DNA from: Camelus dromedarius | Lineage: Eukaryota | Assembly: GCF_036321535.1 (NCBI RefSeq) | Contig: NC_087437.1 | Location: 15,688,001 to 15,752,000 of the forward strand | Reading direction: 5' to 3' | DNA length: 64,000 bases | In this document: positions 61,751 through 64,000 of the stretch, in pieces | How the letters are laid out: every line of letters starts with the position of its first letter | How positions within the stretch are numbered: the first letter of the stretch is position 1 | Program-made: the position numbers and the translations under genes | Notes under the pieces: model-generated | What the model saw: only the letters and a program-made list of their open reading frames with translations | Databases searched by the model: none | What the model was told of the DNA's origin: nothing

Positions 61751-62984
61751 GGAGTGTCTGGTGGTAAAGCCGGCTGTGTTGAAATGGCCTGACCATGGTG
61801 TCTAGGCTGGACTAGGAGGCATGTGGAGCCAGGAGGTCCTGACGTTCCTGACGGAGCGGGGCAGCTGGACTGGGGCTGAGGACTGAGATTCATGATGAAG
61901 CTGAAGCGTAGTGATGAATGGGGGAGGGGCCGGAATGGTGCTGGAAGCCTGGGAGGTCCTGGTCCAAGACAGGAATTTCCACAGTTGGAGATTATGGAAG
62001 TGGGGCAGTGTCCAATGCTGGTGGCTGTGAGGAAGGGATGCAGATGGGACCTCTATGCCTGAGATGCAGGAGGAGTTTTCAGGCCAATGTTTTTAAGGTC
62101 TTTGAAACACCCACAATACTGGTAGGAAGACGGGCAGATGGACAGACCACAACACCGACGCTGACGCTGTTTGGGGCATCAGGGCCACCACGTTCAGACT
62201 GGGCGAGATCAGAGCCAACTGTGTGGATCTGAGGCTCATCTATGCATCGTGAGAAAAGCCAACCATTCTTAATTCTAATTTTTCAAAAAGAAGATTTCAA
62301 CAGGCAAGAAGTGACAAACACAAATTTAACCAGCATTCTTTCTACTGCGTTATCGAGTCCTTGGCGTGGGTGTTAAAAAGGCACACGTTTCACGTTGACC
62401 TCCTTGAAAAGCATTTGTGGGTTTTACCATTAATAAGTCCCCTTTGGTTCTCTCTCCAATTAGTTGTGTGATCATCCAACAGTGTTTTGATCTGGATTGT
62501 ATTGCTTGTTATAATGATCAGCATTTCATACCTTAGACTCTGAAGAGCAAGATAAATTGCCTTCATTTCTTCTTCTTGAACAACGACACGTGGCATTTCA
62601 TAAAGGCAATGATCAGATTCTGCACTCCCAGTGCCTTATAGCTGACTTGGGAGCAGAATCTAGACTCACTTCATTTTTTTCAGATGGGTAAACTGAGGCT
62701 TTGAGCACTTACTGGACTTGTCCAATGTACTCACTTAAAAAAAAAACATAAAAACCAGGGAGTTTGCTTAATAAAAACACATGGAAATGGTGTGTCTTGT
62801 GGTTTCTAAGTTTTACTTTTGGTGAGATTCAATGCTTCAAATAACTGAATTCTGCAAAGAAGGCACTTTGTAATTCACCGCTGTCCCTCAGATTCCGACA
62901 CATCATATGCATCAATAAACATTTACAAATAAATGGATGAGTTGCATCATCTCTTCACTTAGTTTAATTTAAATGGCCAAGTAT

Positions 62985-63950
62985 CTTTTATTGGTTTTAA
63001 AACATTTTTAAGTTTAATATTTTAAAATAATAGTTCCTCATACAGGCATTTTTAAACAGCAAATTCTTTTTGGAGATAATTCTGGACAAATAAAGAATCC
63101 ACATACACACCTTTAGGGGACATAAAATACTGTTTCCTCTCACTTGTTTTGTAACTTGCCTTTTCACAGAACACTGGGTCTGGAAGATCTATGTACATTA
63201 AGCACAAATAGTTCCACATCCCTCTTTCTACTCTGGCATTATTAGTATGACTGGATCACAGTTTAGTCCGTTCTTTCCTTAATTAACAGCATCTAGGGTA
63301 TTCTAATTTTTTTCCCGTTTTAAAATTTGCTGCACCAAACGTCTCTGCCCATCACCTCCTTATGTGCCTCCCTGGCTGTTTCTCTATGTTAGGGTTGCAC
63401 AGGGAAACTGCAGTTCATAGAAATGCCCAATTTAAGGTTTTTAGATACTGCCGAAATGCCCTAAAGGCTAAAACTGCCATTTATACTTTTACTGTCTCTC
63501 TGCCCACATCCTTGCCTATATTTAACATTAAAAAACATTTGTTTTTACCAGTCTGTTGGGTGAAAAATTATATCTAGTTCATTTTGAAGAAGTAACTTTA
63601 TTATAAATACAGACATACATTCTTATATATAATGTGCACGTGTACATATATACACATACTATTTAAATTTTAATGCCTACTACTCAGCTGAATCTTAATA
63701 TTGCCTTAGGAGCATCTTTCTAATAATGCAGCAGTGATTCATTCATTTGTGCTCCTCTATATGAATATACCATGATTTATTTCTCTGTTCTACAGTGATG
63801 GACATTGGAGTGATTTCCTGTCTTTTCCTGTGATGAATTGTGTGTCTGCGAGCTTCTTAGTGTCTGTCTCGTGGTGCACGTGGGCACGGGTGTTGCTAGG
63901 GTACAGCTAGCTATGAAATTGCTGAGTCTTAGGGTGGAGTGGAGACTACC
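62985..63950 (-). mobile_element. Ancient L1ME fragments
   Basis: T-rich, with GATGGACATTGGAG...GAAATTGCTGAGTC and TTGTAACTTGCCTTTTCAC, typical of the L1M 3' region in antisense. Confidence 0.6.
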
Positions 63951-64000
63951 AGTTGTCCACCCAGATCCATTCTGCCTGTCTTCACACAGGTGTCCTGCTA

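Noticed and set aside
1..64000. CRISPR array, prokaryotic operon or internal ERV gag/pol/env sequence
   Set aside because: No regularly spaced repeat-spacer array, no gene-dense coding region, and only solo or partial LTRs were seen.

Overview
Mammalian genomic DNA, most likely camelid: it carries four tRNA-Ala-derived SINEs that resemble the Tylopoda vic-1 family, plus laurasiatherian-type L1. No host protein-coding exon is recognisable, so the window looks intergenic or deep intronic. Most listed ORFs are incidental open frames in GC-rich or repeat DNA. The dominant feature is a full-length ~7.1 kb + strand LINE-1 (41194-48285). It has a 14-bp TSD, a CpG-rich 5'UTR, ORF1 with one nonsense codon, and ORF2 with one nonsense codon and two frameshifts. 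The rest is layered older repeats (L1M/HAL1, L2, CR1/L3, MIR, MaLR, ERVL/ERV1 LTRs, hAT elements). Between them lie a few unique motif-dense or CpG-rich blocks (~20.0-21.4 kb, ~33.85-34.33 kb) that look regulatory. I found no convincing new biological system. The best leads are four hypotheses: a splice acceptor plus uORF in the L1 inter-ORF spacer, an antisense ORF0-like frame in the L1 5'UTR, a duplicated covarying hairpin in a MER41-like LTR, and an inverted MER5A pair with shared variants. Repeat family names come from recalled consensus sequences and were not searched. Boundaries of old repeats are approximate.
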